Positions 1 through 10,512 of a stretch of DNA of 64,000 nucleotides are shown in pieces. The stretch is from assembly GCA_963666285.1 (NCBI GenBank), contig OY762711.1. One strand, 5' to 3'. Made by a program: the position numbers and the translations under genes. The number at the start of each line of letters is the position of its first letter. Position 1 is the stretch's first letter. The DNA is from Sedimentisphaerales bacterium (GTDB lineage: Bacteria; Planctomycetota; Phycisphaerae; Sedimentisphaerales; SM23-30). Under the pieces are notes generated by a model. It searched no databases and was not told where the DNA came from. It saw only the letters and a list, made by a program, of their open reading frames with translations.

Positions 1-557
1 CAGGAATCATCAGAGTCAAAAGCACCATGTAATAAATATAACACGGGGTATTGCTGCTTGCCTGCCTCGTATCCAGGAGGGGTATAGACATGCATTCGCC
101 GCAACCGCCCCAGAGTTTTAGAGGAATAATTAACTTCAGATACCGCACCATGAAGAACATTGCAGCTATCCATAAATTTACTGCCGGGAATATGGATCAG
201 ACTCCACATAACCTCGTTAGATTCACTTGTTGAAAGGTTTGCAGGATCAACAACAAGGACACTGTCAACAACAAATTTATACCTATAGGAACCAGACGCT
301 AATGTATCCAGTTGAATTTCCCATGTTCCACTATCATTTTTCGTCATATCCAGCCCCTGCCAGATATTTGGAATATCACTACTGGAAAGTTTGACGGATT
401 TAGCATCCGGAGCCTCAACTCTAAAGGCAACCTTGCCATCAGCCAGAATCTCAGGCGAATTTACCTGAGGCCGCTGAAACGGATTAGAATATAAGTTAAA
501 TACAAGCATTAAAATAAAAGAAAAGACACCAATCGACATTCTTTTGAATCCAGACAT
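1..557 (-). CDS. Secreted esterase (CE1/enterochelin-esterase-like with N-terminal CBM48-like domain), runs off the window
   Basis: Own translation from ATG at 557: MSGFKRMSIGVFSFILMLVFNLYSN...SPEILADGKVAFRVEAPDA...RRMHVYTPPGYE...YPVLYLLHGAFDSDDS. Not in the ORF track because it has no stop within the window. Confidence 0.85.
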   Translation of the reverse strand, partial: MSGFKRMSIGVFSFILMLVFNLYSNPFQRPQVNSPEILADGKVAFRVEAPDAKSVKLSSSDIPNIWQGLDMTKNDSGTWEIQLDTLASGSYRYKFVVDSVLVVDPANLSTSESNEVMWSLIHIPGSKFMDSCNVLHGAVSEVNYSSKTLGRLRRMHVYTPPGYEAGKQQYPVLYLLHGAFDSDDS

Positions 558-737
558 TTCCAGGCCTTTCAAAATGAGAGTTCAGATTACCGCAAATTAC
601 ATATTCTTTACTGCAAACCAATACTTTGCACGGGAAACACTTAAGACTAAAACATATTTCAGAATAAAGCCTTGCCGGACATTAGTCAACAGAAATCCAA
701 TGCACCGCAAACTGAATTTTTGACAAAATTGAAACTT

Positions 738-3700
738 TTATTGAGATATCCACTGATCAACAAAGATAGTAAGATCGTTAATATCAACAACACAATCACA
801 ATTCAGGTCTGTTTCACAAGCATCTGAGTCCTGCCAATAGAAAGCCAGAGTGGCAAAATCCTCGATATTCACCACAGTATCAGAAGTATAATCCGCAGAT
901 AACGCATCTTCATTGTAAAGCTGCAAAACATCATCGGCGTTAAGTGCACGACTATATACCCGCACTTCATCTATGGAACCTTCGAATAAATGCAGTGGAA
1001 CATCATCCATAATAAAAGCTCCAAGCACCAGGTCAGAACCCAAACCAGTATTAATTGAAAGAGAATTATTGCTGATAATACCTGCCTGAACACCGTCAAC
1101 AAATAACTTAACTTCACTAATATTCGCAGAGCCGTCATTTTCAAGAACAGCAGCAACATGATGCCAATTATTGTCATTGACTGCCTTATTACTGGTAATA
1201 ATCCCCCCCCAACATGCAACTTCAAAATAACCATCACTATTAACACGTACGAGCCATTTATTATTAATTGAATTGTCCCCCCACCCGATAATCATACAAT
1301 ACTTGTTTGAATCTGAAGTTTTAATCCAAGCAGAACAAGTACGGCTACCGGCACCAGCGATCCCCTTAAATCTACTAACATTAATATAATCATCAGTACC
1401 ATCAAAAATGACTCCGCCACACGACTTGCCATCTCCCCAGTTCTCAATTCCCATATTATTAAATGTACCATCGTATTGATTCCCGGAACAATCTAAAACT
1501 ATGTCGCCACTACCCTCATTGAACTTCCAGTGCGCAATAGGGGCAAACGGATCAGCGGTATTTACCATAGGTAAGCCAGCTAAACCTCTTTTATAAATGG
1601 AATTAATTTCAGGTGAAGTCAAAGGGCGATCCCAAAAGCCAAAATCGTCCATATTCCCCTTGTAATACGGATCAGCCCAATTGCTTTTCCCTATATAGTT
1701 ATTTGTTCTGACGATAACTGGCGGAACTGGAATCCTGCCTGTTGCAACAAGTTCTCCATTTTTGAATATCCTGGCATATCCCAAAGGATTCAATGTTGCA
1801 GTGAACAACTGCCATTTATTAAGTTCAATAACGCCATCTGCATTTATCAAGCCGCTACTGGAACCGTCGTACACCTCAAGAGTTAAAGTATTTGAAACGC
1901 CATTACGTGCAAAAATGATATTGTTATTAGCAATTCCATTGCCAAAATCAATAAAACGAATCCAATTACCAACACTAGTGGGATAAGCCCAAACAGAAAC
2001 AGTAAAACCATTAGTAAGATCAATAAAGCTATCGGGAAGGTCTATATAATCATCACTACCATCAAAAGCCAGAGCTTCAGGTAAGTATCCGGAAGACACA
2101 ACAGAGGTACCAATAAGATTACCACTTAAAATCGTTCCTGTTGAGCCATCTATTATCGACTTGCCACTGTAAAAATCTGAATCCATATTATAATAAACCA
2201 TAAGATTGTCAGTCGGCAGAACAGCAGTGGTGAAACTCCAGATATGCCCCTTTGAAATACCAGATGAAAAGACCTGGTCAATTCGCCAAAAATAAGTTGC
2301 TTCAGGTGATAAGTCAGGAGCGTACTCAGCCTGAGTTTGACGACCTTTATATTCAGATGAGCTATTATTCGCATTATCTACAGAATCATAATCAGTACCA
2401 ATATAAACATCAAAACCAATTACATCAGAATCAGGCGTCCAGCTGAAAACCTGCGATTCGACGATATTCAAATAATTGTCAGCCGGTTCAGGATTTTCAG
2501 CCTGGCCCTTATTGAGATAGAGATGAATGACATCCTCATCCGAGAGCGGATAGTTATAGATTCTGAGATCATCCATTCTGCCTTTATAATTGGCGTCATC
2601 TTCCCAGTTACTTTTTCCAATATATGCATTCGTCCGAATAATATTAACAGGTATAGCAGTCTGGCCAGAAGCTACAGGGCTGCCATTTTTATATATAACA
2701 ACGTTGCCAGACATATCCAGGGCAGCAGTGAACAGCTGCCATTTATTTAATTCTATAGCACCGGCGGCCTGAACTTTGCCACCACTTGTATCGCGATTGT
2801 AAACTTCAAAATACAGGTCGTTTGAAGAACCCCGTCTGGCCAGCATAATATTGTTATCATAAGGGCCATTACCGATATCAATTATACGGGCCCAGTTTTT
2901 GACTTCGGTGGGATATACCCACACAGAGACAGTCATGCCGGTTCTAAAATTAGCAAATCCATCCGGCAGATCAATATAATCATCGCTGCCGTCAAAATCC
3001 AAAGCACCATTCAATTTTCCGGCAACAGAACCAGTATCAAAAGAAAATGAAGAACCGGTCAGGATACCATCATTAGCAAATGAGCTGGAATCGTAAGCAA
3101 CAGTACCACCGGCCTGATCAAAAGTCCATCGCCCTGCCATCCGGCTGATAAATTCACTATTGGTTGTCCATCCGCCATTAGTACGAGCCAAGGTAAGAAA
3201 AGACCTGGCAACAGAAGCATTATCAATGAGTGCTTCACTGTAATCACCATAAGTAATATTCCATACATCCGGATATAATCCGGTTTCAGGTTCAACACAA
3301 TTGAGATATAGGAATTCCAGATATCCGGCGGCAAGATCAAGCCAATACTGGTTACCATCAAGCAGATACAGATCAACATAAGCGTTGGTCATATCATGTC
3401 CGCCCCATTTACCATGCTGATTAAGAGCATGAGTAGTACCATTGATGAACTCATCTTCCATAGAGGCAGCCATAAGCTGAGCATGACTAAAATATTGATC
3501 CTCACCTGTGATCTCAAAAAGTCGAACGGCATTCTGGGTCATAACACCGGTCTGATAGCCCAAAGGCCCCTGGTTTGTTTCGTGATAAATCCAGCGGGAT
3601 AAACGCAGATCAGAATCTACCAGCCACCAGTACAGTCTTTTGCCGTTTTGCAGATAAGAATCAATACCGGTAAATTGATATGTCATCAGGTTAGCAAGAA

Positions 3701-4268
3701 TTGTCGGAGCAGTAGAACATACAGATGCGCCGTTAGAATCGCTTTCATGCCAGCGAATACCACCTGCGGGGTTATTACCGGCACCGTTTTCACCGCTCAT
3801 ACAGAAAATGAGAATTTCACGAGCCCAGTTAAGATACTTGCTGTTATCGGTAATTTCGTAAAGTTCAAGAAATCCAAGAGCAATCCAGGCATTATCATCA
3901 TAATATCGATCGCCACAGTTATACCTGCTGGCATTATAGGCCCAGTAGCCATTGTAATAACAACGGTATGATTTATACATCTCCTGGGCCTGTTTTTCGG
4001 CAACGGCAAGCCGACCGGAGTCAAGTCTGGCAGCGGCAACATTGGCACTGAGCGTTATGCCCTGCCCCCAGGCATATTCAGCTGAATTATCGCTTACAGA
4101 TTTACCATATACGCCATCACTGCGGCCAAAATAGTTGTCAATCCTGCCTAGAACTTCATTACCCCATTGCTCAAACATTTCACCACTAATGGTTTCTGCC
4201 TGAATGCAGGAGACGCAAAAAAACGATATAATAATTAATAACAAAGTAAAGCAACGGGCATTGCTCAT
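738..4268 (-). CDS. Secreted GH76 (alpha-1,6-mannanase-like) glycoside hydrolase with three LamG domains and a C-terminal dockerin-like module
   Basis: Signal peptide; GH76 motif YYDDNAW; three repeats of F-D-G-x-DDY...MDD/IDE..IY..L; C-terminal VNIEDFATLAFYW...VDINDLTIFVDQW. Confidence 0.85.
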   Translation of the reverse strand: MSNARCFTLLLIIISFFCVSCIQAETISGEMFEQWGNEVLGRIDNYFGRSDGVYGKSVSDNSAEYAWGQGITLSANVAAARLDSGRLAVAEKQAQEMYKSYRCYYNGYWAYNASRYNCGDRYYDDNAWIALGFLELYEITDNSKYLNWAREILIFCMSGENGAGNNPAGGIRWHESDSNGASVCSTAPTILANLMTYQFTGIDSYLQNGKRLYWWLVDSDLRLSRWIYHETNQGPLGYQTGVMTQNAVRLFEITGEDQYFSHAQLMAASMEDEFINGTTHALNQHGKWGGHDMTNAYVDLYLLDGNQYWLDLAAGYLEFLYLNCVEPETGLYPDVWNITYGDYSEALIDNASVARSFLTLARTNGGWTTNSEFISRMAGRWTFDQAGGTVAYDSSSFANDGILTGSSFSFDTGSVAGKLNGALDFDGSDDYIDLPDGFANFRTGMTVSVWVYPTEVKNWARIIDIGNGPYDNNIMLARRGSSNDLYFEVYNRDTSGGKVQAAGAIELNKWQLFTAALDMSGNVVIYKNGSPVASGQTAIPVNIIRTNAYIGKSNWEDDANYKGRMDDLRIYNYPLSDEDVIHLYLNKGQAENPEPADNYLNIVESQVFSWTPDSDVIGFDVYIGTDYDSVDNANNSSSEYKGRQTQAEYAPDLSPEATYFWRIDQVFSSGISKGHIWSFTTAVLPTDNLMVYYNMDSDFYSGKSIIDGSTGTILSGNLIGTSVVSSGYLPEALAFDGSDDYIDLPDSFIDLTNGFTVSVWAYPTSVGNWIRFIDFGNGIANNNIIFARNGVSNTLTLEVYDGSSSGLINADGVIELNKWQLFTATLNPLGYARIFKNGELVATGRIPVPPVIVRTNNYIGKSNWADPYYKGNMDDFGFWDRPLTSPEINSIYKRGLAGLPMVNTADPFAPIAHWKFNEGSGDIVLDCSGNQYDGTFNNMGIENWGDGKSCGGVIFDGTDDYINVSRFKGIAGAGSRTCSAWIKTSDSNKYCMIIGWGDNSINNKWLVRVNSDGYFEVACWGGIITSNKAVNDNNWHHVAAVLENDGSANISEVKLFVDGVQAGIISNNSLSINTGLGSDLVLGAFIMDDVPLHLFEGSIDEVRVYSRALNADDVLQLYNEDALSADYTSDTVVNIEDFATLAFYWQDSDACETDLNCDCVVDINDLTIFVDQWISQ

Positions 4269-4412
4269 AATTCTCTACCTTCCATCCAATAAAAATTTTC
4301 AATGCTGGTCAAATACTATTTTTTCGTATATTGCAGATATCGTCAAAATTAATAGAGCGATTCACCAAAAACGGTAAATATTTTATAATTCATCACTTAC
4401 AGCAATAATAAT

Positions 4413-4595
4413 CAGGTGTGCGGGGAATCTACTGACAAAAGCCAGCAGATACAATCAGTTGTAACTGCATATATTAAGACAAGTTATAACTCATACGAAA
4501 ATATGCAGATATTCTGATTTAATCGTACCAAAATAATAACATATGAGTCAAGATTATTCCAATAAAGAATCAGATTCGAGTGCATCCCACACCTG
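4413..4595. repeat. Degenerate palindromic MITE-like element
   Basis: Terminal IR CAGGTGTG...CACACCTG (with GAATCT/AGATTC nearby); internal IR AATCAG..CTGCATAT / ATATGCAG..CTGATT. Confidence 0.4.
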
Positions 4596-4889
4596 TTCGG
4601 CACTAAGTTTGCTATTGTAATGCATGGTATTTCATTCTGAGATTATTTTTCAGAAAAGTGCATAAAACTACCTATCTTAACTTGCGACTTGCGCAATTTG
4701 GTGCATGATGTATGCTATGACAGCATAACGTGAAGACATACTCGAATTTCAGCTCCAAGGCTTCAAATATTTCAAAGCTATCCCAGCTATGCTGGAATGG
4801 TTGGATTATGCCGGTTACGCTTTTACAATTAAAACGTTTACCAGCTATCAATAAAGTGTAAAAGCAGCAACCATAATTCTGTTATGGTT

Positions 4890-5261
4890 TTAGTATTGCG
4901 AGACATGCTTAATAATTAGGATACTAGCACATGCCAATAAAAATAATAACATTGTTACTATAAATAAAGCAATACATGAAATCTCTTTTATAAGAACTTT
5001 AACCTTATCATCTTTATGCAAAATATAATTTCCCCGACACTGTTTACATGATGCAATAATAGTATAGAACATACTATTCCATATTAATGTTGATATAAAA
5101 ATTATAATAATGTTTGAGGGCCATTCTGTAACCTTTGACAATAAATAATTATTACTAAAAGAGGAATAAACAGCCCAACCGGGAAATAAAGTAATTATAA
5201 ACAATAATTCAACAAAATGAGATATCCATAAAATAGAAAATGTGATAATAATACAAAACAC
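4890..5261 (-). CDS. AT-rich hypothetical membrane protein
   Basis: 123-aa ORF with about 3 hydrophobic segments; overlaps the upstream ORF by 1 nt. Confidence 0.45.
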   Translation of the reverse strand: MFCIIITFSILWISHFVELLFIITLFPGWAVYSSFSNNYLLSKVTEWPSNIIIIFISTLIWNSMFYTIIASCKQCRGNYILHKDDKVKVLIKEISCIALFIVTMLLFLLACASILIIKHVSQY

Positions 5262-5500
5262 TATTTTTTATTATTAGAGATAAAATCTTTAAATCTCCAG
5301 TATTTTAACGAAAGATAAAAAATATAAGTCCAGAATAATGAAGATATTATTATTAATATCTTCTCATCGATATCACATCGAGCCAAAAAGAAAAAGAAAT
5401 GTATCGGATCAATGAAATATAAATATGAATTGGTCGATAATAAATAATTAACAAAAAGGAAAAAGAATATAAGTATAATGTTTTTTTTCATGGTAACCAT
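5261..5500 (-). CDS. Small AT-rich hypothetical membrane protein
   Basis: 79-aa ORF with two hydrophobic segments; the segment IIISSLFW resembles IFISTLIW in the neighbouring ORF. Confidence 0.45.
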   Translation of the reverse strand: MVTMKKNIILIFFFLFVNYLLSTNSYLYFIDPIHFFFFLARCDIDEKILIIISSLFWTYIFYLSLKYWRFKDFISNNKK

Positions 5501-5675
5501 AACGTCTCTTCAAATTAGTCATTTGAAAATCTAAAGCAACATAAGCAATGTCACTGCCGGTGGATTTAACAACAAAATCAATATCAATGCGATTCGCTTA
5601 AGATAACCAATCATTTTGAATAAAAATATCAAATATATGAACTCACATTATACCGGCACCACCCATTTAAACAAT

Positions 5676-5709
5676 AAAAAAACCTCCGCACATATGAACG
5701 AAGGTTTTC
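5676..5709 (-). terminator. Intrinsic terminator, probably the original tRNA-Ser terminator displaced by the island
   Basis: Minus strand AAAACCTTCG-loop-CGGAGGTTTTTTT, directly after the duplicated tRNA 3' end. Confidence 0.7.
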
Positions 5710-5712
5710 TGC

Positions 5713-5731
5713 AACGGAGAGAGGGGGATTC
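5713..5731 (-). repeat. attR-like 19-bp duplicate of the tRNA-Ser 3' end
   Basis: AACGGAGAGAGGGGGATTC is identical at 5713-5731 and 8870-8888. Confidence 0.9.
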
Positions 5732-5883
5732 TCGCTCCCCGATTTTTGTAAAATCATAAAAGAACTACACTTAGCTCTTAACTCCAAAAATGACAAAGAT
5801 TTAGATTCTCTTGTTACTTTACTATCATCCCACGGTTTTTTACTATCTTTATAACTATTTTGAGGACAGATTGAGGACAGAAT

Positions 5884-7035
5884 TTATTCAGATTTACCAA
5901 TAACAGGGATTGTATACGTCCTGATCTCACCGCTTGAAAAAACTGCTATTTTACACGAATCTGGTGAAAACACCACACAATCTCTATACCCCGGCGTTCT
6001 AATCATGAATTCCACTTTTCCTGTTTCACGATTATACAAAAATACATTACCAGATACAACCGCTATCCACTTGCCATTAGAACTTATCTGCAAATCCGCA
6101 AAACCACCCATACGCTGCCGGGTGCCTACCATTTCGACAAGATTATGTTCTGCAATCACTTTGCCATCTTTCGCATCAAACTCGTACATTATTCCATTTG
6201 TTGAGCCGCTATAAACTCGACTGCCATCAGGAGTAATTGCAACTACGGTAGTATTGTGACAACTTTCAGGTTTAACCTCCCAGCGAAGCTCTCCTGCCTT
6301 AACATCTATCAGAGATGTCCCCCATCCGCGACCGGCAAGACCAATCAAACTACCATCATCCGTAACATAAGTATCACTAACATGAGTTGTTGCCTGGCCT
6401 GTTCCTTCTTCTCCTTCCAAAACACAAGCCTCCTTAAATTCATCTTTTTTTGTATCATACAAACAAACCCTTATTGGCCAGCCAAAGTAATGTTTTTCTT
6501 TATCATCCCATGGGCCACCTTGGTAAACTGAATAGTCCATATTAAAAACAATATAATTCCCATTATTCGATAATGAATAATGAAAAATCGAACTTCCTGG
6601 ATTCCAATAATAAGGAATCCAATCATTCAATTTCCTCTCTTCTTTTAGGGTTATAATATCTATCACAGCCATTTCAGGATTATCATATAGCTGTTCCGCT
6701 GTCCGGACATATCTGGTAAATATTTTATTATTTGGCATCCAAAATCCATTTGAACAACCTTTTGGGGCAAAATAAGTCTTAAACTTAAACTCACCATCCT
6801 GCCATTGCCAAACCTCGGTATCTTTATAATATCCCCACCCTCTGTCTTGCCTGGTCGCAACCTGAATTGCATAAGCACCAGGAACATCATCTCGATAGAA
6901 ACCTCCTTTCCAAGATTTTTCCTTTCCGGCCTTAAAAATGCCAACACCATTTTCACTCTTCAGCTCTGGAACACTGGCACAAGATGTCAGCGTTACAAAA
7001 CTTAACATAATTGCAATAATTATCAGCTTTTTCAT
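5884..7035 (-). CDS. WD40/beta-propeller lipoprotein, putative immunity protein of the RHS toxin
   Basis: Lipobox LTSC; propeller-like repeats (ITPDGSRVYSG, ISSNGKWIAV, FSPDSCKIAV); starts 6 nt after the RHS stop. Confidence 0.7.
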   Translation of the reverse strand: MKKLIIIAIMLSFVTLTSCASVPELKSENGVGIFKAGKEKSWKGGFYRDDVPGAYAIQVATRQDRGWGYYKDTEVWQWQDGEFKFKTYFAPKGCSNGFWMPNNKIFTRYVRTAEQLYDNPEMAVIDIITLKEERKLNDWIPYYWNPGSSIFHYSLSNNGNYIVFNMDYSVYQGGPWDDKEKHYFGWPIRVCLYDTKKDEFKEACVLEGEEGTGQATTHVSDTYVTDDGSLIGLAGRGWGTSLIDVKAGELRWEVKPESCHNTTVVAITPDGSRVYSGSTNGIMYEFDAKDGKVIAEHNLVEMVGTRQRMGGFADLQISSNGKWIAVVSGNVFLYNRETGKVEFMIRTPGYRDCVVFSPDSCKIAVFSSGEIRTYTIPVIGKSE

Positions 7036-7041
7036 ATCTGT

Positions 7042-8869
7042 TTACCTGTATGTATTGGTTACTGGATCAAAATCTACAACATTGCGATTATCGTAAGGAA
7101 TTAAATCATCTGTTATTTTTTTTGGTTTGTTATATGGCTTTCCTCCGCAAGCACATGGACAATTTTGAGCAAATTCCAGAAACTTTTTATATAAATCATC
7201 TGCCATATCATGAACATCTGCACCAAATAAATCAGGGTCATCTGTTGATGTGGAAATCATAGTCAAAAAGCCACTTGGAATTCCAATATAAATACCAAAA
7301 ATATTCCAGACACCTCTTCCATGTCCCATGCCTATATTGCCGTCAACAGGACGTCCTTGATGAGACCAGGAATCCTGAAAAGTATGGATCCCTTCTGAAA
7401 ATAACTGCAAATCACATTTATCGATACCTTGATTCATAAATTCACTAGCATCACTACTTCCTGGATAAACTGTCCCATCACCACTTGCAGGAAAATGCCA
7501 TCTAGCTCCTTCAAGAATTTGTTGTCGAATTTCTTCTAATCTTTCTTCGCTAAAATCGGACAACGGATTAAGCCTTTTTAACCATTCCGAATAATATCGA
7601 TTCCATGCATCAATTGGCGAACGCCAATCTTCATCGGGTAGATTAGCCCATCCACTAACATCATCTACACAATTTCCAAAGCCTGCTAAATCTGCAACAA
7701 GCCCGGTTATCCCAACATGTATTCTCTCATCCCACAATCCTAGAGAATCTGTAAGAACAATAGAATTACTTCTAACATATTGATACATATTAATATCAGC
7801 TAAATATCCCAACGGATCACTACTCAAAAACCTGCCGGTTTCTGTATCATACCATCTGTTTTTATAGTAATTCATTACCAGATTTCCTTCGTCGAGAACA
7901 TCGAGTCTCTGACCGGTAAATCCTACATTAGTATAGCCGCCAACGGAAGATTTCGCAACATAATCCGCATCATAGACTGTACGTTTACCATATGCATCAT
8001 ACTCATATCTATCAAAAATTTCACCTTCACTCCAATATGAACTATTATCATAACCAGCTATTAACGCTGCTGGACTGTATAAGTGGTCATGAGCGTAATA
8101 TAAAAGACCGTCATTATGGCGATAATGATGAAAAACTGTCTCATCCAAATAATTACCATAGATAAAATCACGCATTGAACTAACTGTACCAAGTGAAATT
8201 TCTTCAGTCAACAGCTGCCAGCCATTATAAAATAAATTGAAAGTTAAACTAGCTCCAGTACTATTATACTCTATCTTCCGTACTCTGCGTCCAAAAGCGT
8301 CGTAAGCGTATTCTGCAACAGTAGTTGTGTCGTTATCCTTTGTAATCTTTGTCAAATGATTTTCATAATCCCACTGGTAGCTATACCCGCGATGGTCACG
8401 GGTAAGGTTACCGGCAAGATCGTATTCTACCTTACTTCCAAGTGAAGCGATTTCACTTTCATCCAACGCTCGATCATATATTAAGATATTGTCCATCAAT
8501 CCTTTATAATATTCCCGATTTGAATCATAAGCTGCACCAACCCTAATATCATATGTAGAAAAATCATTCCTGTCACCAGTAGCTGTACTTTGTTTATAAT
8601 ATGACACCTCCTGTCCATCAATATATAGATACGTAATCATGTTTTTATGAACAGCAGTTATATTATACCATTGTCCGGCAGTTAGAACATCATTTGACAG
8701 ACTGTCTGCCCTAACTCCTGAATAGTAAGTATATGATCTTATTTTCCCATTATAAAGGAATAGACTATCCGTCCAGACACTGGCACGAGATATTAATGGC
8801 CCATAGCCTGACAGACTATCCTGGTCAGGACAAATCCAGATAGAGTATGAATAATCTCCGGTCAAAAAG
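7042..8869 (-). pseudogene. 5'-truncated RHS-repeat protein (partial LamG + RHS core + C-terminal Zn-PLC/P1-like toxin domain)
   Basis: YDLAGNLT, YAYDAFGRR, DHLYS, YEYDAYG, GFTGQRLD, YYKNRWYDTETGRFLSSDPLG, TDSLG. The track start (8925) lies inside the tRNA, so it is not a real start; the LamG lacks its N-terminal strands. Confidence 0.8.
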
Positions 8870-8871
8870 AA

Positions 8872-8957
<86 letters not shown>

Positions 8958-9065
8958 TGATTATTTTAACTTTCATATTCATATCTCCATGTTATACATA
9001 CAGATACGAATTGTGAGAATTTAATATATTAACAATAATGATTTAAATATGCAAGAGAAAAGAAG

Positions 9066-9674
9066 TTAATTGATATGCCGCTTTATCTCCTCGGCTATAA
9101 TCGCGGCACTCTGAGCCAGCCTGAGGTCCACCGAACCGCAATCTATTCTTATTAAAGGACTTACATCCCAACCATCAAATAATTTTTCGTATTCCAGCTT
9201 CAATTTTGTTAGAAAGTCACCACTTATGCTCCTCTCAAAATCCCGGCCCCGCCTCGAAATCCGCTCCAGGCAGTTCTCAACCGTATCGTATAGATAAATC
9301 ACCACATCCGGCACTGCAACTATCTGGTTAACGGTATATTCAATCTCATCATATATGGCCATCTGCCGTTCATCCAGGCTCATAGAGGCAAAAAAACGAT
9401 TCTTCTGCATAATGTAGTCAGTTATCAGTAAATCAGAACTGTTCACATGCTCTACGGCCAGCTGATGTGCCCTCGTCAGCAAAAAGAAAAGCTCCGATGG
9501 CAATGCCGCATCTCCGCAGCCGCTAAACTGCCGGGCTAAAAAGGGATTCTCCTTAAACTTCTCATATACTACCTCACCATCCAGTTCATTCGCAAGATTA
9601 TCGGCTAGTGTTGTCTTACCAACACCAATAATGCCTGCTATCGAGATAAGGCCACGCATTTTTTTTTCCGACAT
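9066..9674 (-). CDS. Deoxynucleoside kinase
   Basis: GIIGVGKTT P-loop, NPFL, PDVVIYL, RISRRGRDFE lid. Confidence 0.9.
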   Translation of the reverse strand: MSEKKMRGLISIAGIIGVGKTTLADNLANELDGEVVYEKFKENPFLARQFSGCGDAALPSELFFLLTRAHQLAVEHVNSSDLLITDYIMQKNRFFASMSLDERQMAIYDEIEYTVNQIVAVPDVVIYLYDTVENCLERISRRGRDFERSISGDFLTKLKLEYEKLFDGWDVSPLIRIDCGSVDLRLAQSAAIIAEEIKRHIN

Positions 9675-9690
9675 AGTAACCCTTACTCTC

Positions 9691-10416
9691 CTATTTAGCT
9701 GTTCGCAATATCGCCTTCTGATACACTGGCTCCGGCTTTATCTGGTATGCCCTCTGATAGCATTTTAATGCCTGGTCATTCCGGTTCAAAGATTCATACG
9801 CCACACCCAGATTATAATATGCGGCATGATCATCCGGGCGAGCATCAATAGCAAGCTTAAAATTTTCTATCGCATTTCCAAAATCGCCCTGGGCTAACTG
9901 CTTTCTGCCTAGAGCATCATACCCTGTCCACCCCTTTGCCACCGGAACTGTCAAATCCGATGCCTGGGAAAACTGGCTGAAGAAACCTGACACCATATCT
10001 TCCACTAAACCCTGAACCTCATTTGGTGAATCTACATGACCATGTAATACTGTTTTTCTTACAGTTGAATTGGTAGTGAGATTTATAAACTCCAGTTTTA
10101 GAATAACAAATAAAAGGCTCTTTGACTTTTCCTGATCTGCATATCTTCTGGTCAAAGTAAAATCACAATTCAAACCATAGCTTGCCAATAATGGGTCAAT
10201 AGCAGCCAGGTTAGACTTTTCCAGTAAATCCTGCAATGAATGCCGGATATTCGTTGCCAGGTTTGTATCACCGGCTGTAACAAGATTTACCCTGGATTTT
10301 CCGATAAGGTCGCTGCCGGGATTCTTGATCGAAACATTCATATCAGGAGTACTGCAGCCGCTTAAATATAAAGTGAAACATACTAGCAAAATTATATGCA
10401 TTCTGGAATTTTTCAT
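9691..10416 (-). CDS. TPR-containing lipoprotein
   Basis: Lipobox LSGC; TPR AYYNLGVAYESL...ALKCYQRA. Confidence 0.8.
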   Translation of the reverse strand: MKNSRMHIILLVCFTLYLSGCSTPDMNVSIKNPGSDLIGKSRVNLVTAGDTNLATNIRHSLQDLLEKSNLAAIDPLLASYGLNCDFTLTRRYADQEKSKSLLFVILKLEFINLTTNSTVRKTVLHGHVDSPNEVQGLVEDMVSGFFSQFSQASDLTVPVAKGWTGYDALGRKQLAQGDFGNAIENFKLAIDARPDDHAAYYNLGVAYESLNRNDQALKCYQRAYQIKPEPVYQKAILRTAK

Positions 10417-10512
10417 AACTTTTCCTTTTCGTAATTATTCGTGACAAAACCAGAAACGTCTATTTCATGTTAATTATAAATATCAAATATATATATTAAA
10501 AGCATAATGTAA

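Noticed and set aside
4723..4820. attC-like site (GCATAAC...GTTACGC with an inner TTCAGC/GCTGGA IR)
   Set aside because: Single degenerate copy with mismatched boxes, no intI and no cassette array.
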